Below, in pieces: positions 41,303 to 52,847 of a DNA stretch of 64,000 bases; the first letter of the stretch is position 1, and each line of letters begins with the position of its first letter. Made by a program: the position numbers and the translations under genes. The stretch is from contig JASBVS010000002.1 of assembly GCA_029960955.1 (NCBI GenBank), forward strand, positions 146,470-210,469. The letters are read 5' to 3'. The notes under the pieces were generated by a model that was not told where the DNA came from, did not search any database, and was given only the letters and a program-made list of their open reading frames with translations. The stretch comes from Bacillota bacterium (GTDB lineage Bacteria; Bacillota; Sulfobacillia; JAIMAT01).

Positions 41303-42268
41303 CTACTTCGGCCGGTAGAAGACCATGCCCCCGCTCGTCAGGGTGAGCGTGTAGCGGGCCGGGTTCTTCCAGGCGGCCGGCACGGAGGCGAGATCGGTGA
41401 AGTAGAGCGCGCCGCGGGTCGGGTCCTCGCCGCCCAGCGCGCGCTGCACCGCCTCGTGGACGGTGGGCATCAGCGGGTGGCGGAGGTAGCTGCCGCTGGC
41501 CACCACCGCGAACTGCCCCGGCGCCATGAGGACTTTCGTCAGGCTGTCTCCCCAGTAGCCGGAGTCGAGCCGGTTGAGGATGACCGCCGCCACGGCCACC
41601 TGGGTCTCCTCGGGCGCGCCGTAGGCCTCGGCGTTGACCACCTGCTCCAGCAGCTGGAGCTCCTTCGGGTCGAGGCGGGCGCGGGCCCTGGTGCCGGCCG
41701 CCGGCGCGGCCGCCGGCTGCGGGTCGGCGCTGCCGGCCGCGGCCACGCTTCCGCCGGGCTGGCCTGCCGCCCGGTCCGAGACCTCGACCGCCTGGGCGGC
41801 GGACCAGCGGACGACGGCGCGGCGCAGGCGAGCGTCCCAGCTCACCTCTCCCCCGAGGCCGCCGAAGAAGGCGGCCACCGGCACCAGGAGCTTGCTCGTC
41901 ATGCGCGGCGCGGCCGCGGGTATCCGGCGACCGTTGACGTCCAGGCCCTGCGCTCCCGCCCGCGCCGTCACCACCGCATCCTCCTGCGTCAGGAAGCCGC
42001 GGCCGGTGCGGCTGGCGGGGTCGAAGTAGTACCGGCCGGCGAACGCCTCGACCAACTCATCGAATGGCGCGTAGAGCACGCCGTCCACGATGCGCACTTC
42101 GCTGAGGTCGAGGGGCTCGCCGTTGACGGTCACCCCGGGTGGCGGCGGCCCCTGGCTCGCGGGGCTGGCGGCGGCGCCGGCCGTCGCCGGAACGCCCACC
42201 GTCAGCGCCAGGACCAGCGCCACCGTCGCCAGGCGAGGGGCGGCCGCGCCCTTCGCTCCTGCGGGCAA
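41303..42268 (-). CDS. Secreted cell wall hydrolase (SleB/Hydrolase_2 domain) with copper-amine-oxidase N-terminal-like domain
   Basis: Signal peptide; VNAEAYG, VAVAAVILNR, PGQF, GEDPTRGALYF; N-terminal LYAP...LVPV...VSWD pattern. Confidence 0.85.
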   Translation of the reverse strand: MPAGAKGAAAPRLATVALVLALTVGVPATAGAAASPASQGPPPPGVTVNGEPLDLSEVRIVDGVLYAPFDELVEAFAGRYYFDPASRTGRGFLTQEDAVVTARAGAQGLDVNGRRIPAAAPRMTSKLLVPVAAFFGGLGGEVSWDARLRRAVVRWSAAQAVEVSDRAAGQPGGSVAAAGSADPQPAAAPAAGTRARARLDPKELQLLEQVVNAEAYGAPEETQVAVAAVILNRLDSGYWGDSLTKVLMAPGQFAVVASGSYLRHPLMPTVHEAVQRALGGEDPTRGALYFTDLASVPAAWKNPARYTLTLTSGGMVFYRPK

Positions 42269-42328
42269 TCACATCCCTCCCTGGAAGAAGCATGCGCATA
42301 CAGGCTATCCATTCCGCTTCTTCCGGGA

Positions 42329-42358
42329 TAATCCTTCCCCGGGCGGGAAGTCGCATGC
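42329..42358 (-). promoter_or_regulatory. Putative sigmaF/sigmaG promoter of the cell wall hydrolase
   Basis: Minus strand GCATG-15-GGAAGGATTA against GYATA-15-GGnnAnAHTA. Confidence 0.45.
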
Positions 42359-42396
42359 GGGCCTGCCGCGTCGCGCGCTCCCCGGTTCTTCAAGAG

Positions 42397-42425
42397 TTGA
42401 GCGGTCCGGCGACCGCCGGTAGAAT
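42397..42425 (+). promoter_or_regulatory. sigmaA promoter of hisS-aspS
   Basis: TTGAGC-17-TAGAAT. Confidence 0.7.
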
Positions 42426-42482
42426 GGCGGCGACATCCCCCGGCCCGCCCAGCGCGGGCTCGCGAAGAGGAGCCCAGCCATC

Positions 42483-43827
42483 GTGTCCATCCAGAAGCCG
42501 CGCGGCATGGAAGACGTGTTGCCCGGCGAGTCGTGGCGCTGGCAGCGCGTCGAGGCGGTCTTCCGCGACCTGGCCGAGCGTTACGGCTACCGGGAGATCC
42601 GCACCCCGCTGGTGGAGGCCACCGAGCTCTTCGAGCGCGGCGTGGGCGGCGGCACCGACGTGGTCGAGAAGGAGATGTACACCTTCCTCGATCCCGCCGG
42701 GCGCTCGCTGACGCTCCGCCCCGAGGGGACCGCCGGCGCGGTCCGCGCCTTCGTCGAGCACCACCTCGACCAGGAGCCGGGGCCGCTCAAGCTCTACTAC
42801 GTGGCCGCCCCCATGTTCCGCTACGAGCGGCCCCAGGCGGGCCGGCAGCGCCAGTTCTACCAGTTCGGCGTGGAGGTGCTCGGCGCGGCGGAGGCGGCGG
42901 TCGACGCGGAGGTGATCGGACTCGGCGTCCGCTTCCTCCGGGAGCTGGGGGTGGAGGGGGTGCGCGTCGAGCTGAACAGCATCGGCGACGAGAGCTGCCG
43001 CCCCCGCTACCGCGAGGCGCTGCTGGACTACTACCGCCCGCTCCGCGGGCAGCTCTGCGAGGACTGCCGGCGGCGGCTGGAACGGAACCCGCTGCGGCTC
43101 CTCGACTGCAAGGTGGACCGGGAGCTGGCCGCTGGCGCGCCGCCGGTCCGCGACGCGCTCTGCGCGGCGTGCGCCGCCCACTACGAGGAAGTGAGGCGCC
43201 TGCTGGGCGCCCTCGGCGTGGAGGTGGTGGAGAACCCCCGCCTGGTGCGGGGGCTCGACTACTACACGCGGACCGTCTTCGAGCTGGTCAGCGACCGGCT
43301 CGGCGCCCAGAACGCCGTCCTCTCGGGCGGCCGCTACGACCGCCTGGCGGAGCAGCTGGGCGGTCCGCCGACGCCGGGCATCGGCTTCGCCGGCGGGATG
43401 GAGAGGCTCCTGGCGCTGCTTCCCGGAGGGGCGCCGCGCGGGGCGGAGGAGGAGCGCCCCGACGTCTTCGTCGCCCTCGTCGAGCCCGGGCGCGTGGCCG
43501 AGGCGCTGGCCGCGGCCGAACGGCTGCGGGCAGCCGGCCTGCGCGCCGAGTGCGAGCTCTCCGGGCGCAGCCTGAGGGCGCAGATGCGCTACGCCTCCAA
43601 GCGCCGCTTCCGCCTTGCGCTCCTGGTGGGTGGCGAGGAGTGGGCGCGGGGCGAGGCGACGCTGCGCGACCTCGACGGCGGGCGGCAGGCGAGCCTGCCC
43701 CGGGGCCGGCTGGAGGAGGCGCTGGCGCGGCTCGAGGCGCGCCGCGCGCGCCCGCGGGCGGCGCCCGCGGGGGAGCTGCGAAGGCTGCTGGCGGCGGCGG
43801 ACGGCGAGCGAGGGGAGGGCGACGGAG

Positions 43828-43838
<11 letters not shown>
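42483..43838 (+). CDS. hisS: Histidine--tRNA ligase
   Basis: KPRGMED, LRPEGTAG, FRYERPQAGRQRQF, LVRGLDYYTRT and GGRYD. Confidence 0.97.
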
Positions 43839-45615
<1,777 letters not shown>

Positions 45616-45627
45616 TAGGATCGGTCC

Positions 45628-45811
45628 GGAACGAGACGTTCGGATTCCCCGCCGCGGGCGGCGCCTCGATCCGACCGACCCAAACGACCGCACCAGGGAG
45701 TCCGGACTCCGGCGGTGGTGAGCGGCCTCCGCGGAGGCGCCCGATCCGCCGGGAGGGCACCCACTTGGAAGGAACGGATCCCGTTCGGACGGGGCGCAGG
45801 CAGTGGCGGGG
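45628..45811 (+). ncRNA. ssrS: 6S RNA
   Basis: Lies directly after aspS, the usual Firmicute position. Long rod with CCCCGCCGC/GTGGCGGGG closing stem and motifs GACCCAAAC, GGGAGTCC and GGGCACCCAC. Ends approximate. Confidence 0.8.
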
Positions 45812-45827
45812 TGACGCATGTGGAGAG

Positions 45828-45863
45828 GCGCGGGCGAGCGGCGGCGGCCCGCGCACTTTTCTT
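45828..45863 (+). terminator. Intrinsic terminator after 6S RNA
   Basis: GCGCGGGC/GCCCGCGC stem followed by ACTTTTCTT. Confidence 0.55.
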
Positions 45864-45871
45864 CCGGGGGG

Positions 45872-46918
45872 ATGGGCTTGCTCGACGGGCTGGTCGACCT
45901 GCGCAGCGACACGGTCACGCGGCCTTCGCCGGAGATGCGGCGCGCGATGGCGGAGGCCGAGGTGGGCGACGACGTCTACGGCGAGGATCCCACCGTCCGG
46001 GCGCTGGAGGAGACGGGGGCGGCCCTGGTCGGCCAGGAGGCGGCGCTCTTCGTGCCCAGCGGCACCATGGGCAACCAGGTGGCCGTCCTGACGCACACGC
46101 AGCGGGGCGACGAGGTCTTCTGCGAGGCGGAGTCGCACATCTACTACTACGAGGTGGGCGACATCGCCGCCCTGGCGGGCGCCCAGCCCCGCCCGATCCC
46201 GGGCTCGCGCGGCCGCTTCACCGCCGCCGACCTGCGCCGGGCGGTGCGCGAGCCGAACATCCACTTCCCGCGGCCGCGCCTGGTCTGCCTGGAGAACACG
46301 CACAACCGGGCGGGCGGCACCGTCTGGCGCCCGGAGGAAGTGGACGCCGTGGTCGCCGCCGCGCACGAGCTGGGGCTCGTCGTCCACCTCGACGGCGCGC
46401 GCCTCTTCAACGCGGCGGTGGCGCTGGGCGTGCCGGCCGAGCGCCTGGCGCGCGGCGTCGACAGCGTCATGTTCTGCCTCTCCAAGGGGCTGGGCGCGCC
46501 CGTCGGCTCGCTCCTCTGCGGCCCGGCGGACTGGATCGAGCGGGCGCGGAAGGAGCGCAAGCGGCTGGGCGGCGGCATGCGCCAGGCGGGCATCCTGGCG
46601 GCGGCCGGCCTCTACGCCCTCCGGCACAACGTCGAGCGGCTGGCCGAGGACCACGCCAACGCGCGCTGGCTCGCCGGGCAGCTCGCCCGGATCGAGGGGC
46701 TGCGGGTCGACCCCGGCTCGGTGGAGACGAACATGGTGCTGGTGGGCGTGCCGGGCCCCGCGGCCGCCTTCTCCCAGGCGCTGAAGGAGCGGGGCGTGCT
46801 GGCCAACCCCAGCGGGCCGGAGACGCTACGCCTGGTCACCCATCTCGACGTCGACCGGGCGGGCTGCGAGCGGGCGGTGGAGGCCTTCCGGAGCGTGACC
46901 CGCGAGCTGGCGGCCTGA
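45872..46918 (+). CDS. ltaE: Low-specificity L-threonine aldolase
   Basis: [35 protein letters not shown] and [11 protein letters not shown]. Confidence 0.94.
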   Translation: MGLLDGLVDLRSDTVTRPSPEMRRAMAEAEVGDDVYGEDPTVRALEETGAALVGQEAALFVPSGTMGNQVAVLTHTQRGDEVFCEAESHIYYYEVGDIAALAGAQPRPIPGSRGRFTAADLRRAVREPNIHFPRPRLVCLENTHNRAGGTVWRPEEVDAVVAAAHELGLVVHLDGARLFNAAVALGVPAERLARGVDSVMFCLSKGLGAPVGSLLCGPADWIERARKERKRLGGGMRQAGILAAAGLYALRHNVERLAEDHANARWLAGQLARIEGLRVDPGSVETNMVLVGVPGPAAAFSQALKERGVLANPSGPETLRLVTHLDVDRAGCERAVEAFRSVTRELAA

Positions 46919-47000
46919 GCCGCGTCGGCGGGAGGCGGAGAGGGTCGCGGTCGCGCGGAGGCGCGAGACGAGGCGACGGACGAGGAAGGAGGCCCCAGCG

Positions 47001-48344
47001 ATGGCGGCAGGGATCGAACTGAGGACCGAGATACCGGGACCGCGCTCCCGCGAGATCCTGGCGCGCCAGGCCCGGGCGGTGCCGCGCGCCATGTCGGTGC
47101 TGCACCCGGTGGTCATCGAGCGCGCGCGGGGAGCGCTGGTCGAGGACGTCGACGGCAACGTCTTCCTCGACCTGACCGGCGGGGTGGGCGTCCTCAACGT
47201 GGGCCACGCGCGCCCCGAGGTGGTGGAGGCGATCCGCGAGCAGGCCGGGCGCTTCCTCCACACCGACTACACGGTCGTCCCCTACGAGCTCTACATCACG
47301 CTGGCGGAGCAGCTGGGCCGGCGGGTCCCCGTGGAGCCGCCGGTCAAGGTCGCCTTCTTCAACAGCGGCGCCGAGGCGGTGGAGAACGCGGTCAAGATCG
47401 CCAAGCGGGCGACCGGCCGGCACGAGCTGATCGCCTTCGAGGGCGCCTTCCACGGCCGGACGCTGGGCGCCCTGGCGCTCACCTCGAAGCCGCGCCCCTA
47501 CCGGCACGGCATGGGGCCCTTCCCGCCGGGCGTGCACCGGCTTCCCTACGCCTACTGCTACCGCTGCCCGCTGGGGCTGGAGCACCCCGGCTGCGGGCTC
47601 GCCTGCGCCGAGGCGCTGGAGCGCGGCTTCCACAGCCGATACTCCGAGGACGAGGTGGCGGCCGTCGTCGTCGAGCCGGTGCAGGGCGAGGGCGGCTTCG
47701 TCGTCCCGCCGGCGGAGTTCCTGCAGCGCGTGGCCGAGATCGCGCGGGAGCACGGCGTCCTCCTGGTCGTCGACGAGGTGCAGACCGGCTTCGGGCGCAC
47801 CGGCGCCCTCTTCGCCAGCGAACGCATGGGCATCCGGCCCGACCTGATGACCGTCGCCAAGTCGATCGCCGGCGGCCTGCCGCTCAGCGGCGTCGCGGGC
47901 CGCGCCGAGCTGATGGACGCGCCGGAGGACGGGGAGATCGGCGGCACCTACGTGGGCAACCCGGTGGCGCTGGCGGCCGCCCTCCAGGTGCTCGAGGTGA
48001 TGGAGAGGGAGGGGCTGCCGGAGCGCGCGGAGGCGATCGGCGCCCGGCTGGGCGGGGGGCTTGCGGCGCTGGCGGAGCGGCACCGGCTGATCGGCGACGT
48101 CCGCCGGCTGGGCGCCATGGTCGGCCTGGAGCTGGTCCGCGACCGGGCGAGCAAGGAGCCCGCCGACCGGGAGGCGCGCGCGGTGGTGGCGGCGATGCGG
48201 AGGCGCGGCGTCCTGGCGCTGACGGCGGGGATCTACGGGAACGTGATCCGCTTCCTGAACCCGCTGGTCGTCACCGACGAGCAGGTGGAGGCGGCGCTGG
48301 AGGTGCTCGACGAGGCGCTGGGCGAGGTGGAGGCGGGCACGTGA
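47001..48344 (+). CDS. gabT: 4-aminobutyrate aminotransferase (class III)
   Basis: NSGAEAVENAVK, FHGRT, EPVQGEGG, DEVQTGFGRTG and AKSIAGG. Confidence 0.88.
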   Translation: MAAGIELRTEIPGPRSREILARQARAVPRAMSVLHPVVIERARGALVEDVDGNVFLDLTGGVGVLNVGHARPEVVEAIREQAGRFLHTDYTVVPYELYITLAEQLGRRVPVEPPVKVAFFNSGAEAVENAVKIAKRATGRHELIAFEGAFHGRTLGALALTSKPRPYRHGMGPFPPGVHRLPYAYCYRCPLGLEHPGCGLACAEALERGFHSRYSEDEVAAVVVEPVQGEGGFVVPPAEFLQRVAEIAREHGVLLVVDEVQTGFGRTGALFASERMGIRPDLMTVAKSIAGGLPLSGVAGRAELMDAPEDGEIGGTYVGNPVALAAALQVLEVMEREGLPERAEAIGARLGGGLAALAERHRLIGDVRRLGAMVGLELVRDRASKEPADREARAVVAAMRRRGVLALTAGIYGNVIRFLNPLVVTDEQVEAALEVLDEALGEVEAGT

Positions 48345-48390
48345 CCCGCGCGGGCCGGCGCCGGGCCCCGGAGGAGGCGGAGAGCCGCAG

Positions 48391-49794
48391 GTGAGCCTCT
48401 TCGACCAGGCGGGGGAGGCCTTCCGGGCGGCCAACGCGCCGCTGGCCGACCGGATGCGCCCGCGAAGCCTCGAGGAGTTCGTCGGCCAGGAGGCGGTGAT
48501 CGGCCCCGGCCGTCTCCTCCGCCGTGCCATCGAGGCCGGGCGGGTGCCCAGCCTCCTCCTCTGGGGCCCTCCGGGCAGCGGCAAGACGACGCTGGCCCGG
48601 CTGATCGCCCGCTCCACCGGCGCCGCCTTCGTCCAGCTGAGCGCGGTCAGCGCCGGCGTGGCCGACCTCCGCCGCGTCGTCGCCGAGGCGCAGGAGCGGC
48701 AGCGCCTCGAGCAGCGGAAGACGATCCTCTTCGTCGACGAGATCCACCGCTTCAACAAGGCGCAGCAGGACGCCGTCCTCCCCTACGTGGAGGACGGGAC
48801 GCTCACCCTGATCGGGGCGACGACGGAGAACCCCTACTTCGAGGTGATCGCCCCGCTCCTCTCGCGGCTGCGGCTCTTCCGCCTCGAGCCCCTGGGCGAG
48901 GCGGAGCTGCGCACGATCCTCGAGCGCGCTCTGGCCGACCGCGAGCGGGGCCTGGGGCAGGTCCCGGCCGCCGTCGACGAGGCGGCGCTGGCGCACCTGG
49001 TCCGCATGGCGGCCGGCGACGCCCGCACGGCGCTCAACGCGCTGGAGCTGGCCGTGCTCAGCACGGAGCCGGGGCCGGACGGCGTCCGGCACGTGACGCT
49101 GGAGGCGGCGGAGGAGTCGATCCAGAGGAAGGCGCTCCGCTACGACCGGCTGGGCGACGAGCACTACGACACCGCCAGCGCCTTCATCAAGAGCATGCGC
49201 GGCTCCGATCCCGACGCCGCGCTCTACTGGATGGCCAGGATGATCGAGGCGGGCGAGGATCCGCGCTTCATCGCGCGACGCCTGGTCATCCACGCCGCCG
49301 AGGACGTGGGCCTGGCCGACCCGCTGGCGCTGGTGGTGGCGGCCGCCGCCTTCCAGGCGGCCGAGCTGGTCGGCTGGCCGGAGGGGCGGATCCCGCTGGC
49401 GGAGGCGGTCCTCTACGTGGCCACGGCGCCCAAGTCGAACAGCGTGGTCCGCGCCGTCGACGCGGCCCAGCGCGCGGTGCGCGAGCAGCCGGCCGGCGGC
49501 GTGCCGCTCCACCTCCGCTCCGCCGAATACCCCGGCGCCGCCCGCCTCGGCCACGGCGCCGGCTACCGCTATCCGCACGACGACCCGCGCGGCTTCGTCG
49601 AGCAGCGCTACCTGCCCGAGGGCGTGGAGGGCGGCTTCTACCGCCCGGGGCCGCGGGGGTACGAGCGCGAGGTGGCGCGCCGGCTGGCCGGCTGGTGGCC
49701 GGGGCGCTGGCCGTCGCGCGCGGAGGAGGAGGGGCGGGGCGCGGAGAGCCCGGAGGCGACGGAGGGGGAGGGGTCGGAGCCGCCTCCTTCCTGA
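48391..49794 (+). CDS. rarA: Replication-associated recombination protein A
   Basis: PLADRMRP, WGPPGSGKTT, DEIHRFNKAQQD and SAFIKSMRGSDPDAA. Confidence 0.96.
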   Translation: MSLFDQAGEAFRAANAPLADRMRPRSLEEFVGQEAVIGPGRLLRRAIEAGRVPSLLLWGPPGSGKTTLARLIARSTGAAFVQLSAVSAGVADLRRVVAEAQERQRLEQRKTILFVDEIHRFNKAQQDAVLPYVEDGTLTLIGATTENPYFEVIAPLLSRLRLFRLEPLGEAELRTILERALADRERGLGQVPAAVDEAALAHLVRMAAGDARTALNALELAVLSTEPGPDGVRHVTLEAAEESIQRKALRYDRLGDEHYDTASAFIKSMRGSDPDAALYWMARMIEAGEDPRFIARRLVIHAAEDVGLADPLALVVAAAAFQAAELVGWPEGRIPLAEAVLYVATAPKSNSVVRAVDAAQRAVREQPAGGVPLHLRSAEYPGAARLGHGAGYRYPHDDPRGFVEQRYLPEGVEGGFYRPGPRGYEREVARRLAGWWPGRWPSRAEEEGRGAESPEATEGEGSEPPPS

Positions 49795-49878
49795 AGCCTT
49801 CGAAGGCAGAAGAGGCAGAAACGTTATAAGGAAGCGCGCCGGCGGCGCCCGCCGGCGGATGGCCCGCCGCCCCCTCCG

Positions 49879-49940
49879 TTGACCCGCCGCGGGGCCGATG
49901 CTACCATGACCGTGGATAGCCGAGCGGATTGCTCGGAATT
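49879..49940 (+). promoter_or_regulatory. sigmaA promoter plus IscR/CymR-type palindromic operator
   Basis: TTGACC-17-TACCAT, then the 25-bp ATAGCCGAGC-GGATT-GCTCGGAATT at 49916-49940. Confidence 0.65.
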
Positions 49941-50015
49941 GCAGCAGAGTCGGCGTCCCGGCAAGGACTCGCCCGGCACCTGCGGTTGCGGACGGTCGGC
50001 GGGGGAGGCTGGAGC

Positions 50016-50468
50016 TTGAACATCTCGACGCGAGGTCGCTACGGCCTGATGGCGATGACCGAGCTGGCCATGCGGTACGGGCAGGGGCCGGTGCCGCTCA
50101 AGACCATCGCCGAAAGCCAGGGGCTGAGCGACAGCTACCTGGAGCAGCTCTTCGCGGCGCTGCGCAAGGCGTCGCTCGTGCGGAGCGTGCGCGGGGCCCA
50201 GGGAGGATACGAGCTGGGCAAGCCGCCCGAGGCGATCAGCGTGGGCGACGTGCTCCGCGTCCTGGAAGGGCCGCTGGCGCCGGCGGAGTGCGCCATCGAG
50301 GGGAAGGACGACTTCACGCACTGCGGCAACCCGGACCGCTGCATGGCCCGGAGCGTCTGGGTCCGGCTGCGCGAGAGCATCGAGAAGGTGGTCGACTCGA
50401 TCAACCTCGCCAGCCTCTGCGAGGAGGCGCGCAACCAGAGCGGGCAGGGCCTCATGTATTACATCTAG
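50016..50468 (+). CDS. iscR: Rrf2 family regulator (IscR/CymR) with three Cys
   Basis: ISTRGRYGL, YLEQLF, SVRGAQGGY, three Cys and C-terminal MYYI; TTG start after GGAGG. Confidence 0.88.
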   Translation: MNISTRGRYGLMAMTELAMRYGQGPVPLKTIAESQGLSDSYLEQLFAALRKASLVRSVRGAQGGYELGKPPEAISVGDVLRVLEGPLAPAECAIEGKDDFTHCGNPDRCMARSVWVRLRESIEKVVDSINLASLCEEARNQSGQGLMYYI

Positions 50469-50497
50469 GCCGGGCGGGACGGCTGGCGGGTGAAGGC

Positions 50498-51667
50498 GTG
50501 ATCTACCTGGACTGGGCGGCCACCACGCCGATCCGGGAGGAGGTCCTGGAGGCGATGGTGGCCTTCGAGCGGGAGGCGTGGGCCAACCCGTCGAGCACCC
50601 ACGCGGCCGGCCGCCAGGCCCGGAGCCGCCTGGAGGCGGCGCGGCGGGCGGTGCGCCGCTGGCTGGGGGCGGAGACGGGACGGATCGTCTTCACCTCGGG
50701 CGGCACCGAGGCCGACAACCTGGCGGTCTTCGGGCTGGCCGCGGCCGCCGAGGCGAGGGGGAGGCCGCGGCGGGCGGTGACCAGTGCCATCGAGCACCGC
50801 GCGGTCCTGGACGCCTTCCGCGAGCTGGAGCGGCGCGGCTGGGAGGTGACCTACCTGCCCGGCGACGGCCGAGGCCTGGTCCCGCCGGAGTCGCTGGAGG
50901 CGGCGCTGGAGGCGGAGCCCGGGCCCGCCTTCCTCAGCCTGATGTGGGCGAACAACGAGACGGGCGCCCTCCAGCCCGTGGTCGAGGCCGCCCGGCTGGC
51001 GCACCGGCGGGGCATCCCCGTCCACAGCGACGCGGTCCAGGCGGCACCGCTCCTGGAGCTGGGGCTGGACGCGCTGGGGCCGGACGGCCCGGACCTGGTG
51101 GCCGTCTCCGCGCACAAGCTGGGCGGGCCCAAGGGCGTCGGCGCGCTCTGGATCCGGGACGGGCTGGAGCTTTCCCCGCTCCTCTTCGGCGGCGGCCAGG
51201 AAGCGGAGCTCCGCCCGGGGACGGAGAACGCGGCCGGCATCGTCGGCTTCGGGCGGGCGGCGGAGCTGGCGGCGCGCGAGGCGGGGGCGGAGTGGGAGCG
51301 GCTGCGGCGGGTCGCCGGCCGCTTCCTGGGGGAGGTCCGGCGGCGGCTCCCGGACGCGGTGCTCAACGGGCCCGAGGAAGTCGGGCGGCGGGCGGGGGCG
51401 AGGCTTCCCTCCATCGTCAACCTGGGCTTCCCGGGGGTGCGCGCGGAGAGCCTCCTGATCCGCCTCGACCTGGCCGGGGTGGAGGCCTCGGCGGGGGCGG
51501 CCTGCTCGGCGGGGAGCCTGGAGCCGTCGCACGTGATCGCCGCCATGGGGAGGCCGGAGCTGGCCGGCGCCTCGCTCCGCTTCTCCTTCGGGCGGCTGAG
51601 CGACGAGGAGGAGGCGGCGGAGGCGGCCGCCATCGTGGCGCGCGAGGCGGGGGCGCTGAGGAGGTGA
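50498..51667 (+). CDS. iscS: Cysteine desulfurase
   Basis: IYLDWAATTP, FTSGGTEADN, SAHKLGGPKG and GAACSAG. Confidence 0.93.
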   Translation: MIYLDWAATTPIREEVLEAMVAFEREAWANPSSTHAAGRQARSRLEAARRAVRRWLGAETGRIVFTSGGTEADNLAVFGLAAAAEARGRPRRAVTSAIEHRAVLDAFRELERRGWEVTYLPGDGRGLVPPESLEAALEAEPGPAFLSLMWANNETGALQPVVEAARLAHRRGIPVHSDAVQAAPLLELGLDALGPDGPDLVAVSAHKLGGPKGVGALWIRDGLELSPLLFGGGQEAELRPGTENAAGIVGFGRAAELAAREAGAEWERLRRVAGRFLGEVRRRLPDAVLNGPEEVGRRAGARLPSIVNLGFPGVRAESLLIRLDLAGVEASAGAACSAGSLEPSHVIAAMGRPELAGASLRFSFGRLSDEEEAAEAAAIVAREAGALRR

Positions 51668-51672
51668 GCGGG

Positions 51673-52776
51673 GTGGCCGGCATGCGCGTGGTGGCCGCCA
51701 TGAGCGGCGGCGTGGACAGCTCGGTGGCGGCGGCCTTGCTGGTGGAGCAGGGGTACGAGGTGATCGGCGTCACCCTGCAGATCTGGCAGGCGCGCGACCC
51801 GGGCGCGCAGGCGCGCCTGGGGGGGTGCTGCTCGCTGGGGGCGGTCTCGGACGCTCGCCGGGTGGCCGAGCTCCTGGGCATCCCCTACTACGTCCTCAAC
51901 CTCCAGGAAGCCTTCCGGCGCTCGGTCATCGACGACTTCGTGCGCGAGTACGCGCGCGGCCGGACGCCCAACCCCTGCATCGTCTGCAACCGCGAGATCA
52001 AGTTCGCGGCGCTGCTGGAGCGCGCCCGCGAGCTGGGCGCCGACTACGTGGCCAGCGGCCACTACGCGCGCGTCGACTGGGAGCCGGAGCGCGGCCGCTG
52101 GCGCCTGCGCCGCGGGCGCGACGCGCGCAAGGACCAGAGCTACGTCCTCTACCCGCTGGAGCAGGAGCAGCTGGCGCACGTCCTCTTCCCCCTGGGCGGG
52201 ATGGAGAAGGCGGAGACGCGCCGCCTGGCCGCCGAGCTCGGCCTGCCGGTGGCCTCGAAGCCCGAGAGCCAGGAGATCTGCTTCGTCCGCGACGGCGACT
52301 ACGCCCGCTTCCTGGAGGAAGAGATCCCCGACCGCTTCGTCCCCGGCCCCATCGTCGACCGGCAGGGCCGCGTGCTCGGGAGGCACCGCGGCCTGCCGCG
52401 CTACACGGTCGGGCAGCGGCGCGGGCTGGGCCTCGCCGCGCCCGAGCCGCTCTACGTCCTCGAGGTGGACGCCGGGGCCAACCGCCTGGTGGTGGGGACG
52501 GCGAGCGAGGCCGGACGCCGCCGCTTCGAGGTGGAGCCCGTCACCTGGGTCTCCGAGGCGCCGCCGGCGGACGACGGCTGGCGCGAGGCGACGGTCCAGA
52601 TCCGGGCGCACTCGCCGGTCCGGGCGGTCCGCTACCGCCTGGCCGGGGGCGACCCGGGGCGGCTCGAGCTGGAGCTCCTCGAGCCGCTGCGGGCGGTGAC
52701 GCCCGGGCAGTCGGCCGTCCTCTACCGGGGCGACGAGGTGGTGGCCGGCGGCCCCATCCTCCGCGTGCGGGAGTAG
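51673..52776 (+). CDS. mnmA: tRNA 2-thiouridine(34) synthase
   Basis: AMSGGVDSS, TPNPCIVCN, SGHYA, KDQSY, ESQEICF and TPGQ. Confidence 0.96.
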   Translation: MAGMRVVAAMSGGVDSSVAAALLVEQGYEVIGVTLQIWQARDPGAQARLGGCCSLGAVSDARRVAELLGIPYYVLNLQEAFRRSVIDDFVREYARGRTPNPCIVCNREIKFAALLERARELGADYVASGHYARVDWEPERGRWRLRRGRDARKDQSYVLYPLEQEQLAHVLFPLGGMEKAETRRLAAELGLPVASKPESQEICFVRDGDYARFLEEEIPDRFVPGPIVDRQGRVLGRHRGLPRYTVGQRRGLGLAAPEPLYVLEVDAGANRLVVGTASEAGRRRFEVEPVTWVSEAPPADDGWREATVQIRAHSPVRAVRYRLAGGDPGRLELELLEPLRAVTPGQSAVLYRGDEVVAGGPILRVRE

Positions 52777-52780
52777 GGGC

Positions 52781-52810
52781 GAATAAGGCCGCGCCTGCCG
52801 GCGAAGACTC
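52781..52810 (+). promoter_or_regulatory. Putative sigmaF/sigmaG promoter of the PRC-barrel gene
   Basis: GAATA-15-GCGAAGACTC. Confidence 0.4.
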
Positions 52811-52847
52811 TTGCAGGTCGGCCTTCGCGGAGCTCGGGAGGTGGAGG

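Noticed and set aside
43615..43810. ORF-track N-terminal extension of AspRS
   Set aside because: It lies wholly within hisS, has an implausible Arg/Trp-rich composition and has no clear SD.
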